Assembly (NCBI GenBank): GCA_965209155.1
Contig: OZ242383.1
Span: 1,088,001-1,152,000 of the forward strand
DNA length: 64,000 nucleotides
Reading direction: 5' to 3'
From: a bacterium
Lineage (GTDB): Bacteria > SAR324 > NAC60-12
Below, piece after piece: positions 1-10,450 of this stretch. Below the pieces are notes generated by a model. The model saw nothing but the letters and a program-made list of their open reading frames with translations, was not told the origin of the DNA and did no database searches. Numbering within the stretch: the stretch's first letter is position 1; the number at the start of each line of letters is the position of its first letter. Made by a program: the position numbers and the translations under genes.

Positions 1-165
1 GCGAAGGCGCAATCAACGGATGCTGCCTCGATCCGGGACGCGCTGGCCAATGTCAAAGATTTCGACACAATTTTCGGAAAATTCTCTTTTGACGCCCACG
101 GGGACGCGCTTTACGACGCGAAGGTCTTGATTGTCAAAGATGGCGAATTGGTCGTCTTTGAGTAG
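1..165 (+). CDS. 3' end of an ABC transporter substrate-binding protein (branched-chain amino acid/LivK-like), partial
   Basis: Frame 1 reads AKAQSTDAASIRDALANVKDFDTIFGKFSFDAHGDALYDAKVLIVKDGELVVFE*, a typical LivK-family C-terminus. Confidence 0.7.
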   Translation, partial: AKAQSTDAASIRDALANVKDFDTIFGKFSFDAHGDALYDAKVLIVKDGELVVFE

Positions 166-409
166 CCCACTGCCGCCTGACGCACCGGGACTCGCGAACC
201 TCTCTGATTTCCAATGCATTTACTCGCGGTTCCGGTATTGATTCGTTTCTTCAATGGTTGAACCCCATGAATCCATTATCATCCATCTTCCCTTTCCAAA
301 GCCGGTCTTTCCAAACGCTCGAGCCTGACCACGAAACAAGCCAATCAATGGCTTATAAATTCACGTAAAAAAGTTTGCATTATTTTTTCAACCATGGTGA
401 GCTTTAATC

Positions 410-1324
410 ATGACGACTTCTCAGAATTCATCTCGAAGGTATTCCAAAAAAACGAGTAAGACAGCCGTACTGGTCGCCACGGTTCGTGCTGCGCATCTGC
501 GCTGGGATGACCCGCCCCATATATTCGAAGACACCTATGCGATGCAGATGCTGACTCCATTCTGGTATGCGGTCGCGAAGTTCAAGCCGATCAAATGGCT
601 TGTCGCGGACGTAATCTTGAGCGTCTTCCGTCCTGTCGCTCAGGCAGTCGTACTGCGTTCCCGCTATACGGAGGACCAACTGATTGAAGCAATCGAAGCA
701 GGCGTTAAACAGTACGTGATTCTCGGCGCGGGTTACGATACCTTCTCCTTGCGACGCAAAGACCTGGCGGACAAAGTGCATGTCTTTGAAGTGGACCATC
801 CGGCTACCCAGGAAGTGAAGCGGCAGCGTATTCTCAATGCGAACGTCAGCATCCCATCGAATCTCACATTCGTACCCGTGAACTTTGAGGTGGACCGGCT
901 CGATGAGGAGATGGAAAAGGCAGGCTTCGACTCTCAATTGCCGACCTTCTATTCCTGGCTCGGTGTCACGTACTACCTCATACCCGAGGCAATTCGGAAT
1001 ACCCTCGACCGGATTGCGAAAAAATCAGCACCGGGAAGCCGTATTGTCTTTGACTTCAAAATCGCCAAGCACATGATGTCTGCGGAAGGGCGAACTCTTT
1101 GCGAAAAGATGGAAAATTTCGTGGCGCGCCGGGGAGAACCCATGCTGACCGACTTCACGCCACAGTCGTTGAGCGAGATGATGGCCCGCTATGGCTACAC
1201 TGAGGTGGAGATGATGACCCCGGAGAAGCAGAAGCGGCGTTATTTGGGTGAGCGCACCGACTTAGAGCCAGCGGAGTTCATCTATTTTGCCCAGTTTTCA
1301 CTGGAGTCGCCGTCCATGAGTTGA
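410..1324 (+). CDS. Class I SAM-dependent methyltransferase (LCM/TIGR00027-like)
   Basis: 304 aa with QYVILGAGYDT and VFEVDHPATQ motifs. Confidence 0.9.
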   Translation: MTTSQNSSRRYSKKTSKTAVLVATVRAAHLRWDDPPHIFEDTYAMQMLTPFWYAVAKFKPIKWLVADVILSVFRPVAQAVVLRSRYTEDQLIEAIEAGVKQYVILGAGYDTFSLRRKDLADKVHVFEVDHPATQEVKRQRILNANVSIPSNLTFVPVNFEVDRLDEEMEKAGFDSQLPTFYSWLGVTYYLIPEAIRNTLDRIAKKSAPGSRIVFDFKIAKHMMSAEGRTLCEKMENFVARRGEPMLTDFTPQSLSEMMARYGYTEVEMMTPEKQKRRYLGERTDLEPAEFIYFAQFSLESPSMS

Positions 1325-1435
1325 TATCGCATCTCGGACAACCCTCCTGCATCCGGCCATAAAGATTGAGCTTCAGGCTTACCATAATTAAGCCCTTTTC
1401 ATCCCCAGATCAAGTGAAAATCACTAATCCAGGAA

Positions 1436-2885
1436 TGTGTCATTCCAGGCAAAGACCCGGAATCCAGGGGCGCTCAAGACATCCAGGATTCCTGCATTCT
1501 CGGAATACTGACTGGTATTTCTTCAGTTTCTTCACTCGATCAAAAAATCTGACTACTTCTTCAAAATTGTAACAGGCTGCCATTCCGGGCATAAAACGAC
1601 CAAAAGCGTGTCATTCCCGGCAAAAAACATCAATCCAGGAGCATGTCAATCCGGGCAAAAAACACGAAGCCAATATCGTGTCATTCCGGGCGCAGACCCG
1701 GAATCCAAGGGCACTCAAGATAACCAGGATTCCTGCAATCTCGGAAAAAAGACTATTATTTCTTCAGTTTCTTCACTCGATCAAAATATCTGACTACTTC
1801 TTCAAAATAGCTCAAGCGTGTCATTCCCGGCGAAAAACTCCTATCTAGGAACATGTCATTCCCAGCGAAAAACCCGAAGCCAGGAACGTGTCATTCCGGG
1901 CGCAGACCCGGAATCCAGGGGCACTCAAGATAACCAGGATTCCTGCAATCTCGGAAAAAAGACTATTATTTCTTCAGTTTCTTCACTCGATAAAAATATC
2001 TGACTACTTCTTCAAAATAGCTTAAGCGTGTCATTCCGGGCATAAAACGGCCAAATGCGTGTCATTCCCGGCGAAAAACTCCTATCTAGGAACATGTCAT
2101 TCCCAGCGAAAAACCCGAAGCCAGGAACGTGTCATTCCGGGCGCAGACCCGGAATCCAGGGGATATACGGACTCACGCTGAGTTGTACCAGAAGACTCAT
2201 ATCAGGGAATGATTGATATTATTTCTTCAGTTTCTTCACTCGATAAAAATATCTGACTACTTCTTCAAAATTCAATAGACTGTCATTCCGGGCATAAAAC
2301 AGCCAAATGCGTGTCATTCCCGGCGATTACCACCAGTCCAAGAGCGAGTCAATCCAGGCGAAAAACACGAAGCCAATTACGTGTCATTCCGGGCACAGAC
2401 CCGGAATCCAGGGGATATACGGACTCACGCTGAATTGTACCAGGAGACTCATATCAGGAAATGCCAACAATTATTTCTTCAGTTTCTTCACTCGATCAAA
2501 ATATCTGACTACTTCTTCAAAATAGCAACAGGCTGTCATTCCGGGCAAAAAACGGCCTAATGCGTGTTATTTCCGGCGAAAAACACCAATCCAGGAGCAT
2601 GTCATTCCCAGCGAAAAACCCGAAGCCAATATCGTGTCATTCCGGGCGAAGACCCGGAATCCAGGGGCGCTCAAGACATCCAGGATTCCTGCAATCTCGG
2701 AAAACAGACTATTATTTCTTCAGTTTCTTCACTCGATCAAAATATATGACTACTTCTTCAAAATTGCAATAGGCTGTCATTCCAGGCGATGACTACCAAT
2801 CCAAGGGTCCTTTCGATACCCTGGATTCCCACCCCCGCTTTCGCAGGGACAAGTTTCGCGGGGACCTGTTTCGCGGGAATGACAT
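1436..2885. repeat. Mosaic tandem array of REP-like TGTCATTCC...GGAATCC palindromes; six units of about 210-253 bp
   Basis: Constant 51-bp block ATTTCTTCAGTTTCTTCACTCGATCAAAATATCTGACTACTTCTTCAAAAT at 1517, 1758, 1968, 2221, 2473 and 2714, separated by up to four TGTCATTCC-initiated motifs. Confidence 0.9.
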
Positions 2886-3276
2886 ATACACCAGGATACT
2901 CCTATTTTTGAAGATTTATGTCGAACTCGGGTTCATTATTGCTCCTGTAGTTGATAAACTCAAGCCACTTGATGAATGATCCGTCCTCAAAGAGGAGGAG
3001 AACAGGAAGGGACATGTTTGATTGCTCATTATAAAAGGCGTGAATCCGGTGATCAAAACGTTGGAAGATTCTGGGAGCAAGTGATAAAAAGGTCGATAGT
3101 CAGGGGGACAGAAAAAAATGGATTGCCCTCCATTGCCAGAAGCATCACATGAAAAAGCGCACCAGGATAGTAAAGGCGTGGTTGACGAACCATCTTCAGA
3201 AACCAGCGAGAAGGAAAGTCAAATCGATTTAAAGAAAAAAATAACGCTACTTTTCCAAACTTTCAAGCCACACCCC
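2880..3276 (-). mobile_element. RAYT/Y1-transposase remnant copy 1 (left part missing, right inverted repeat present)
   Basis: Homologous to copies 2-9; ends CAAACTTTCAAGCCACACCCC. Confidence 0.8.
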
Positions 3277-3295
3277 TTTTTAAACGATACCATTC

Positions 3296-6200
3296 ATGCA
3301 TCCGGAAACTATCTTTTCATCCTACTTGAGTCATCTCGCGGCGGTAGCCCATCAAGGCGATGCCCGGGAGGAGAGTTTTTACCCTGCGCTTGCTGAAATG
3401 CTGAAGCATATCGCCAAAGCGACCGGGAGAACGCGCACTCACGTGACCACCCTGCCCCGACCGACCGATGGAGGGAACCCGGATTTTCGTCTCTGGGATG
3501 GCAAAGCTCACATCATCGGCTATATCGAAGCCAAGAAACCGACCGAAGAGAGACTGGACCATATCGAGAAATCCGAACAGCTCGAGCGTTATCGATCCAC
3601 GTTTCCGAATCTCATACTCACCAACTTTCTCGAATTCCGTTTGTACCGCAATGGCAACCTCGAGCGGTCGGTTCTGGCAGCCCAGCCATTCGTGCTCAAC
3701 ACCTTGCAAACGACGCCGGCCCTTGAAAAACCCGGTGAACTCCAGGGTCTTTTCGAGCACTTCCTGGATTTTGTACTACCCCAAACCTTCACGGCCGAAT
3801 CACTTGCCATCGAGCTGGCTAAACGGACGCGCCACCTGCGCGACGTCGTTGCCGAACAGTTTCAAGACGAACGGCACGCACGAGGTATGCTATCCGGCTT
3901 TTTCGATGCCTTCCAGACCTATCTCATCGGCTCCCTGACGAGGGAGAATTTTGCCGATTTATTCGCCCAGACCCTTTCCTATGGACTCTTCTCTGCCCGT
4001 ATCCGGGCCGGGAATGGTTTCAACCGGCGGACCGCTTTCGACAACGTTCCCCACGCAATCGGGGTTTTGCGTGACCTTTTCCGTTTCGTCTCACTGGGCG
4101 ATTTTCCTGACGCCCTCGCCTGGTGCGTGGATGACATTGCCGAAGTGCTGGCCGTGGCCGATGCCCCCGGAATTCTGGACCATTACTACCAGGAAGGCAA
4201 GGGCAACGACCCGATCGTGCATTTTTACGAGACCTTCCTGGCGCAGTACGATCCCGAAGAACGTGAACGACGCGGAGTTTACTACACTCCCGAAGCGGTG
4301 GTGAGATACATCGTTCATTCCCTTCATGGTCTTCTCAAGACGGAATTCAGCCGGCACGATGGTCTCGCTTCCGATGGCGTGACCCTCCTCGACCCGGCGG
4401 CGGGAACAATGACCTTCGTCGCCCGCGCCGCCCAACAGGCGGTGTCCGAATTCGAGACCAAATATGGCAGTGGTGGCCGGCAAGACTTCATCCGTCACCA
4501 CGTTCTGAGAAATTTCTATGCCCTCGAGTTGATGATGGCACCCTATGCGGTGGGTCATCTCAAAATGAGTTTTTTTCTGGAAGAACTCGGACACCGGCTC
4601 GAGGACAACGAGCGTGTCCCGTTCTACCTCTCCAATACCCTCGACATGGAAGAATTGGAAGAAAGCCATTTTCCGGGACTTTCCGCACTTGTCGAGGAAT
4701 CCCGGCTGGCTGGAACGATCAAAAAAAAGGCCCCGGTCCTGCTCATCCTTGGTAATCCTCCCTATTCGGGTCACTCCAGTAACAGGGGCGATTGGATCCG
4801 GAAGAAGATCGAAAATTACAAACAAGTGGACGGGAGTCCCCTTGGAGAGAAAAACCCGAAGTGGCTCCAGGATGACTACGTCAAGTTCCTGCGATTCGCC
4901 CAGTGGAAAATCGAGCAATCCGGGCAAGGTATCGTCGGCATGATCACCAATCACAGCTATCTCGACAATCCCACATTTCGTGGCATGCGGCGCAGTCTGA
5001 TGCATACGTTCGATGACATCCATATCCTCGACCTGCACGGCAATTCTCTCAAGAAGGAGAGATGCCCGGATGGCAGTCCCGACCAGAATGTTTTCGATAT
5101 CCGTCAGGGTGTGAGCATCGCCTTCTTCGTCCTGCGAGGCGGAAAAAAAGAAAGTGATGCCCGGGTGTGGCACGCGGAACTCTACGGGACTCGTGAAAGC
5201 AAGTATGACTGGCTGCTCACCCATGACCACGGAAACACCGGCTGGCGCAAATTAAACCCCACGGCTCCGTTCTACCTGTTCGTCCCCCGTGACGATGCGC
5301 TCGCAGCCGGTTACCAGCGATTTATCCCGGTTCCCGATGTCTTTCCGGTCAACAGCGTCGGTATCGTGACCGCGCGAGATCACCTGACGATTCGCTGGTC
5401 GAAACAAGAGGTCTGGGATACCGTCCGTCCTTTTTCGGGAATGGACCCGGAAGAGGCGCGGCAGGGTTATGCTCTTGGAAACGATGCGCTGGACTGGAAA
5501 GTGACGCTGGCGCAAAAGGACTTGCGCGACTCCGGTCTCAAACAGGAAAAAATCGTTCCGGTTCTCTATCGCCCCTTTGACGTGCGTTACACCTATTACA
5601 CCGGCCGCTCACGCGGTTTCATCTGCCGTCCCCGCTCCGAGGTCATGCGCCACATGTTGGCTGGGGAGAATTTGGCGCTGTGTATTGGACGCCAAGGTCA
5701 TGTGGTTGGTAAAGGTGAATGGAATCTGATTTATTGCTCACAAAGATTAGAGGATTTTAACCTATTCTACCGGGGCGGGAACGTAAATTTTCCTCTCTAC
5801 CTCTATCCCTCCGCTGTCCCCGAAGACCTTTTCGCTCACCACGAGTCAGCCGAACGAAAGCCGAACCTGAATTCCGAGTTGGTGACGGCACTGGCGAAGG
5901 CGCACGGAATATCACCCTCTCCCGAAGCGATCTTCCACTACGTCTACGCCGTCTTGCATGCCCCGGCTTATCGCCATAAATACACCCAATTCCTGCGCAC
6001 CGATTTCCCGCGTATTCCATTTACTACAGACAAGGATTTGTTTGACAGGCACGCCGGTCTCGGTGCCCGACTGGTCGCCTTGCACCTCCTCGAGTCGCCG
6101 GAACTCGATCCACCCGCCTGCCGTTTTGTAGGTGAAGGTAACGATACCGTCGTCGCACGGACAAAGGCGCAGGGCTTTCGCTACGACCCCGCTGAGCAAC

Positions 6201-6445
6201 GCATGCACGTCAACAGAACGAAATACTTCGGCCCCCTTTCTCCGGAAGTCTACGAATACCGCATCGGTGGCTATCAAGTCTGTGAAAAATGGTTGAAAGA
6301 TCGCAAGAAACGTTGTCTCCTCACCCCCGACATCCAAACTTACTGCCGGATGGTGACTGCCATCGAATGCGCAATCACAATCCAGCAACAACTGGATGGC
6401 CTCTACCCCATTGTGGAGCAGAATATTCTACAAGTTGCTTGTTGA
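3296..6445 (+). CDS. Single-polypeptide restriction-modification enzyme (Type IIG, type ISP-like C-terminal specificity domain)
   Basis: 1049 aa; N-terminal PD...YIEAK nuclease motif, GVYYTP, LDPAAGT (motif I), GNPPY (motif IV), YRPFD, DFPRIP, YRIGGYQV. Confidence 0.9.
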   Translation: MHPETIFSSYLSHLAAVAHQGDAREESFYPALAEMLKHIAKATGRTRTHVTTLPRPTDGGNPDFRLWDGKAHIIGYIEAKKPTEERLDHIEKSEQLERYRSTFPNLILTNFLEFRLYRNGNLERSVLAAQPFVLNTLQTTPALEKPGELQGLFEHFLDFVLPQTFTAESLAIELAKRTRHLRDVVAEQFQDERHARGMLSGFFDAFQTYLIGSLTRENFADLFAQTLSYGLFSARIRAGNGFNRRTAFDNVPHAIGVLRDLFRFVSLGDFPDALAWCVDDIAEVLAVADAPGILDHYYQEGKGNDPIVHFYETFLAQYDPEERERRGVYYTPEAVVRYIVHSLHGLLKTEFSRHDGLASDGVTLLDPAAGTMTFVARAAQQAVSEFETKYGSGGRQDFIRHHVLRNFYALELMMAPYAVGHLKMSFFLEELGHRLEDNERVPFYLSNTLDMEELEESHFPGLSALVEESRLAGTIKKKAPVLLILGNPPYSGHSSNRGDWIRKKIENYKQVDGSPLGEKNPKWLQDDYVKFLRFAQWKIEQSGQGIVGMITNHSYLDNPTFRGMRRSLMHTFDDIHILDLHGNSLKKERCPDGSPDQNVFDIRQGVSIAFFVLRGGKKESDARVWHAELYGTRESKYDWLLTHDHGNTGWRKLNPTAPFYLFVPRDDALAAGYQRFIPVPDVFPVNSVGIVTARDHLTIRWSKQEVWDTVRPFSGMDPEEARQGYALGNDALDWKVTLAQKDLRDSGLKQEKIVPVLYRPFDVRYTYYTGRSRGFICRPRSEVMRHMLAGENLALCIGRQGHVVGKGEWNLIYCSQRLEDFNLFYRGGNVNFPLYLYPSAVPEDLFAHHESAERKPNLNSELVTALAKAHGISPSPEAIFHYVYAVLHAPAYRHKYTQFLRTDFPRIPFTTDKDLFDRHAGLGARLVALHLLESPELDPPACRFVGEGNDTVVARTKAQGFRYDPAEQRMHVNRTKYFGPLSPEVYEYRIGGYQVCEKWLKDRKKRCLLTPDIQTYCRMVTAIECAITIQQQLDGLYPIVEQNILQVAC

Positions 6446-6475
6446 ACAAAACCCAAGACCGCGCTATCCTTTTTA

Positions 6476-6600
6476 AAAACTCGCTGCCCAAGTGGAGTTC
6501 CAGGCGACAGAATGAGGGAGTCTATGAGTTTCAGCATGGGAGTGATCTCATTCGGATGATTGTACCGAGTGAGATCGCTCATGCGGAGCATAATGCGATT
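6476..6600 (+). pseudogene. Internal fragment of the Rpn-like gene
   Basis: Diverged match to 12183-12308. Confidence 0.75.
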
Positions 6601-6825
6601 TTATATGTAGTGAAATCGGGTTGTCAGTGGAGAATGCTTCCCCATGATTTTACTCCCTGGCCAACCGTTTCCAATCATTATCGCCGCTGGAATCAAAGAG
6701 GGATCTGGCAAGCAATTTTGGATCCCCTCAATGCCCGCACTCGGGTGAAACAGGGCAAGACGCCTTTTCCCAGTTACGCTATCGTCGATTCTCAAAGTGT
6801 GAAATGCCAATATGATTGCAAGGAA
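6598..6825 (+). pseudogene. IS5-family (IS1031-like) transposase N-terminal fragment
   Basis: ILYVVKSGCQWRMLPHDFTPWPTVSNHYRRW...AIVDSQSVK. Confidence 0.85.
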
Positions 6826-6831
6826 TTGGGA

Positions 6832-8028
6832 GGGTGTAATTAAATGTGAGGGGCAGAGAGAAACAGCTGGACAAGTGCTCAAAGTATATTGAAAGTGGGA
6901 ATGTTTTCGAATGATTGACCTTCAAACAGGAGTTGAAAATGTCTAAATACTTGAGTTACTCGGAACTAAGGGAGGGTGACGAGTCATCTCTTTCATTAGA
7001 AGAACGGCTGTCGAAGTATCCACACCTGCGCCGTCGGATGGAATCCATTCTGGGGATTATCGAAAATGACGATGGGAGTTGCCAAACAGCCGATGAGGCT
7101 GAGAGGCGGGCGATTGAAGAAGTGCGTAAATTGGGTCAGGAAGTGCTTCAAGGCTGGTTGGGCCATCAGTCCGATATAAAAGAAGCAGAGTCTTCTCAAA
7201 AAGCGGGTCTGATCCGAGATGGTAAAAAAAACTGTATTGGTACAGTACCTTTGGTGCCATTGGAATCGAAGAACTTGTTTTCCGGGAAGGACGGAGAGGA
7301 AAAAGACAGAGACCCTTGAGTGCCTCGATTGGCGTTCAGTGCCGGGGTTATTCAAAGCCTCTGCAGCGAGCGATGGTGGATTTTGGGGCCGATGTCTCCT
7401 TTGCAGCAGCGAGCCAGAAACTCAAGGAGCATTATGGTATTGACATTCCTTCCAGCAGTATTCGAGCTCGAACCCTCTATCACAGTCAGAGCTATTTCTC
7501 CCTGAAAGAAGAGCAGCCGTCTAGCAGGGAGCCCAGTGGGGTGGGGGTGGTGATTTTGGAAAGTGATGGCACCATGGTGCCTCTGGTAGAGACGGCAGAC
7601 TCTACATTTACGGGGGATCGCAGAAAAACGCGTCAAGTGAGTTGGAAAGAAGGGATTACCTCCTTAGCTTATGCTCGAGGAAGTGTCGACCCCATTTATG
7701 CTGGAACCTTGAACAGTAGAGATGAAGCGGGTTTTCAGATGAAAAGGCCCCCATTCGCGCTTTGGTACGTTACATGAAAAATCGTTCCGGATAGTTTGAA
7801 TACAAAACAGCTATTGATCAACAACTCCCTATCGGCTCTGGAAAAATTGAAAGCGCCCATCGTTCCCTCATCCAAAAACGGCTCAAACTCCCTGGCGCTT
7901 GGTGGAAAAAACAACATGCCGATCAGATGATTCAACTCAGGGTGGCAAGAGCCAATGGAAAATGGGATTGTTATTGGCAACAACTACAAAGAGCTTAATA
8001 GAGATGCCCCTCACTTTTAATTACACCC
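6832..8028 (+). mobile_element. ISKra4-family element with a degraded, frameshifted transposase
   Basis: 24-bp terminal inverted repeats at 6832-6855 and 8005-8028 (23/24 match); fragments ADEAERRAIEEVRKLG and IGSGKIESAHRSLIQKRLKLPGAWW. Confidence 0.8.
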
Positions 8029-8029
8029 A

Positions 8030-8442
8030 CAATCGGGTGGCCTACAAAGATGCCAAACGAGCTCTCAACGGAGTAAGAAAAGAATTGAAGCTGATCAATC
8101 TTTCCGCTGTGAACAGTTTGCAAGAAGGGCTGGAGGAAACACTTACGCTCCATCGCCTTGGTTTGGCGGAAAAGCTCTCAGTGAGCTTCAGAACGACCAA
8201 TTGTATTGAATCTCTCAATCGACAGTTAGAAATTTTTACCGGACGAGTGAGTTATTGGCAGAATAGTAAACAGCGACAACGCTGGGTGGCAACTGCTTTA
8301 TTGGAGATTGAAGGCAATCTCAGGAGAGTGAAGGGCTATAAACATCTCGTTCAGCTCAAAGAGGCAATGGTGAATGTCAATCAAATGAAGAAAAAAGCAG
8401 CGTGAGTGTCGTTAAAAATTTCAACTAGAATTGGGATTGACC
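8030..8442 (+). pseudogene. IS256-family transposase C-terminal fragment with probable right end
   Basis: SLQEGLEETLTLHRLG...FRTTNCIESLN...QRWVATALLEIE, stop at 8405. Confidence 0.8.
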
Positions 8443-8675
8443 CTTCTGAAAAATCCCTTCTTAAAAATAAAAGTTTTTCAGCAAGCCCTAAGTATTACTC
8501 CAACAGAACACAAAAAGCTTGTCCAGTGGTCCAACACTTGCTAGTTTAATTTAAATTAGTGAGAATAAACGCCGCCTACACAAAATTGATTCATTGTGAA
8601 TAAAAAGAATCTATTCTGGCGTAATTATCGCATTCCGGCACAAAATAATAAAATTATTATGCATATTATTATACT

Positions 8676-9257
8676 ATGACAGATTCATTACTTCCCCCCC
8701 CAAAAGCTGGATACTATAAATGTATTGTTATAGATCCCCCTTGGGATCAAGGGAAAACTGGCAAGCGATTGGTACGTCCTAATCAAGGGACAGAACTACC
8801 ATATCAGACAATGACATTTAATGAAATTGTTAATTTACCTATAACTGATTGGGCAGCGGAACATTCTTTTCTATGGCTATGGGCTACTAATAGCCGATCA
8901 CGCTCAAGTGGTAAACCAATCCTCATGCAAGCATTTGATTTAATGATAAGTTGGGGATTCAAATATTATACAACATTAACTTGGGATAAAAGAACCGGCC
9001 CATGTCCATTTGGACCATATCAAATAACAACAGAACATTGTTTATTTGGCTATCGAGGCAAATTTGATTTTCCTAGAAAATCAATGGGGAAAATGCAAAC
9101 AATGTTTTCTTCTTCAACAAAAAGACATAGCGAAAAACCATCTTACCTTTATAAGCATATTAGTTCTCATTTTCAAGCCCCACGACTTGATGTATTTGCC
9201 CGAAGACAACACTCTGGTTTTGATGTTTGGGGTAATGAAAGTGAAATATCAAAATGA
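8676..9257 (+). CDS. MT-A70 family methyltransferase
   Basis: IDPPW, LWLWATN, TEHCLFG, HSEKP and LDVFAR motifs. Confidence 0.9.
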   Translation: MTDSLLPPPKAGYYKCIVIDPPWDQGKTGKRLVRPNQGTELPYQTMTFNEIVNLPITDWAAEHSFLWLWATNSRSRSSGKPILMQAFDLMISWGFKYYTTLTWDKRTGPCPFGPYQITTEHCLFGYRGKFDFPRKSMGKMQTMFSSSTKRHSEKPSYLYKHISSHFQAPRLDVFARRQHSGFDVWGNESEISK

Positions 9258-10057
9258 ATACTAAGAGGGCAAATTCTCTCAATGGTTCAGATTGGCTGAA
9301 ATATTCATTCAGTATATGGCGTGGACTGGTAAAGGAAAAGAATATTGATCATCCCGCGATTTTCCCAGTCTCTTTAGCGTCCCGTCTGATAAAATGCTAT
9401 GTTTCAAATCAAAATGGGATTGTACTTGACCCATTTGCAGGTTCAGGTTCAACTCTATTGGCGGCAGTCAGAGCAGGAATAAAAACAATAGGAATTGACA
9501 TTAATCCTAAATATCGAGAAATATTTCAAAATAGACTTTCATTATTTGATAATAACAATTTATGGGAATATTTGATTCATGATTCTCGATATCTAGATAA
9601 TATTGTGAAAAGAGGTTCAATTGATATATGTATTACATCCCCACCTTATTGGAATATTCTTGATATGGCTCGAAGTGTCGATAGGAAAAAAAATGTAGTT
9701 TATTCAAATAATGATAACGATATTGGAAATATTCATGATTATAATGCTTATTTAGAAGAACTGAAAATTGTTATCAAAGAAATAGAAAAAGTTTTGCGCC
9801 CAAATGGTTATTTCATTCTAAACATTATGGATATTCGTAAAAAATCAATGTTTTATCCTCTGCATCAAAGTGCAACAAATATGGCAACCGAATGTGGTTT
9901 TATATTGGATGATATTATTATCTGGGACAGACAAAATGATTACAATTCAATGCGTCCTCTCGGTTATCCATATAAATTTATTATCAATAAGGTACATGAG
10001 TATCTGCTAATTTTTCAAAAGAAGAGACCGAAATATGCCAAGACATCCAAAAGTTAA
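9254..10057 (+). CDS. Site-specific DNA methyltransferase (N4-cytosine type, motif I before motif IV)
   Basis: LDPFAGSGST followed by ITSPPYW. Confidence 0.9.
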   Translation: MNTKRANSLNGSDWLKYSFSIWRGLVKEKNIDHPAIFPVSLASRLIKCYVSNQNGIVLDPFAGSGSTLLAAVRAGIKTIGIDINPKYREIFQNRLSLFDNNNLWEYLIHDSRYLDNIVKRGSIDICITSPPYWNILDMARSVDRKKNVVYSNNDNDIGNIHDYNAYLEELKIVIKEIEKVLRPNGYFILNIMDIRKKSMFYPLHQSATNMATECGFILDDIIIWDRQNDYNSMRPLGYPYKFIINKVHEYLLIFQKKRPKYAKTSKS

Positions 10058-10430
10058 CGAAAATGACCTTTCCATTATAGTGTCATATTTGAAAAACCCC
10101 AAAGTTGAAACAGAAATTCATGCTGAGATTCCTCATCAATTGCAAGGAAAATTCGAACGTGAATATTTTGAATGTACAAAAATAAACGTGCCAAACGTTA
10201 CAAACAAGGAGCCTTATTATGTACTACCGAAAACTAGTGACAAACGAGGTAGAGAACTTCGAATTTATTTTATACCTATTGAACCAATACCTTTACAAAT
10301 TAATAAACAAATGAGCAAAAGTACATGGTATGGTACAAAAAATAAAAAACGAATTAATCATACAAATTTAGTTATGCAATTATTTGAATGTGGTTTCATA
10401 CTCGGTCTTCAAGATTACAAGCGTATTTAA
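10035..10430 (+). CDS. Hypothetical protein overlapping the second methyltransferase
   Basis: 131-aa ORF with the same AT-rich composition; overlaps the upstream stop. Confidence 0.7.
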   Translation: MPRHPKVNENDLSIIVSYLKNPKVETEIHAEIPHQLQGKFEREYFECTKINVPNVTNKEPYYVLPKTSDKRGRELRIYFIPIEPIPLQINKQMSKSTWYGTKNKKRINHTNLVMQLFECGFILGLQDYKRI

Positions 10431-10450
10431 AATTTTATTAAGTAAAAAAT

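Noticed and set aside
1366..2772. Short ORFs across the repeat array
   Set aside because: They are translations of REP repeats with no RBS or domain signal.
1436..2885. CRISPR or TIGR-like guide array
   Set aside because: The intervening segments are themselves repeated, decayed REP copies rather than unique spacers, and no cas or Nop-domain gene is visible.
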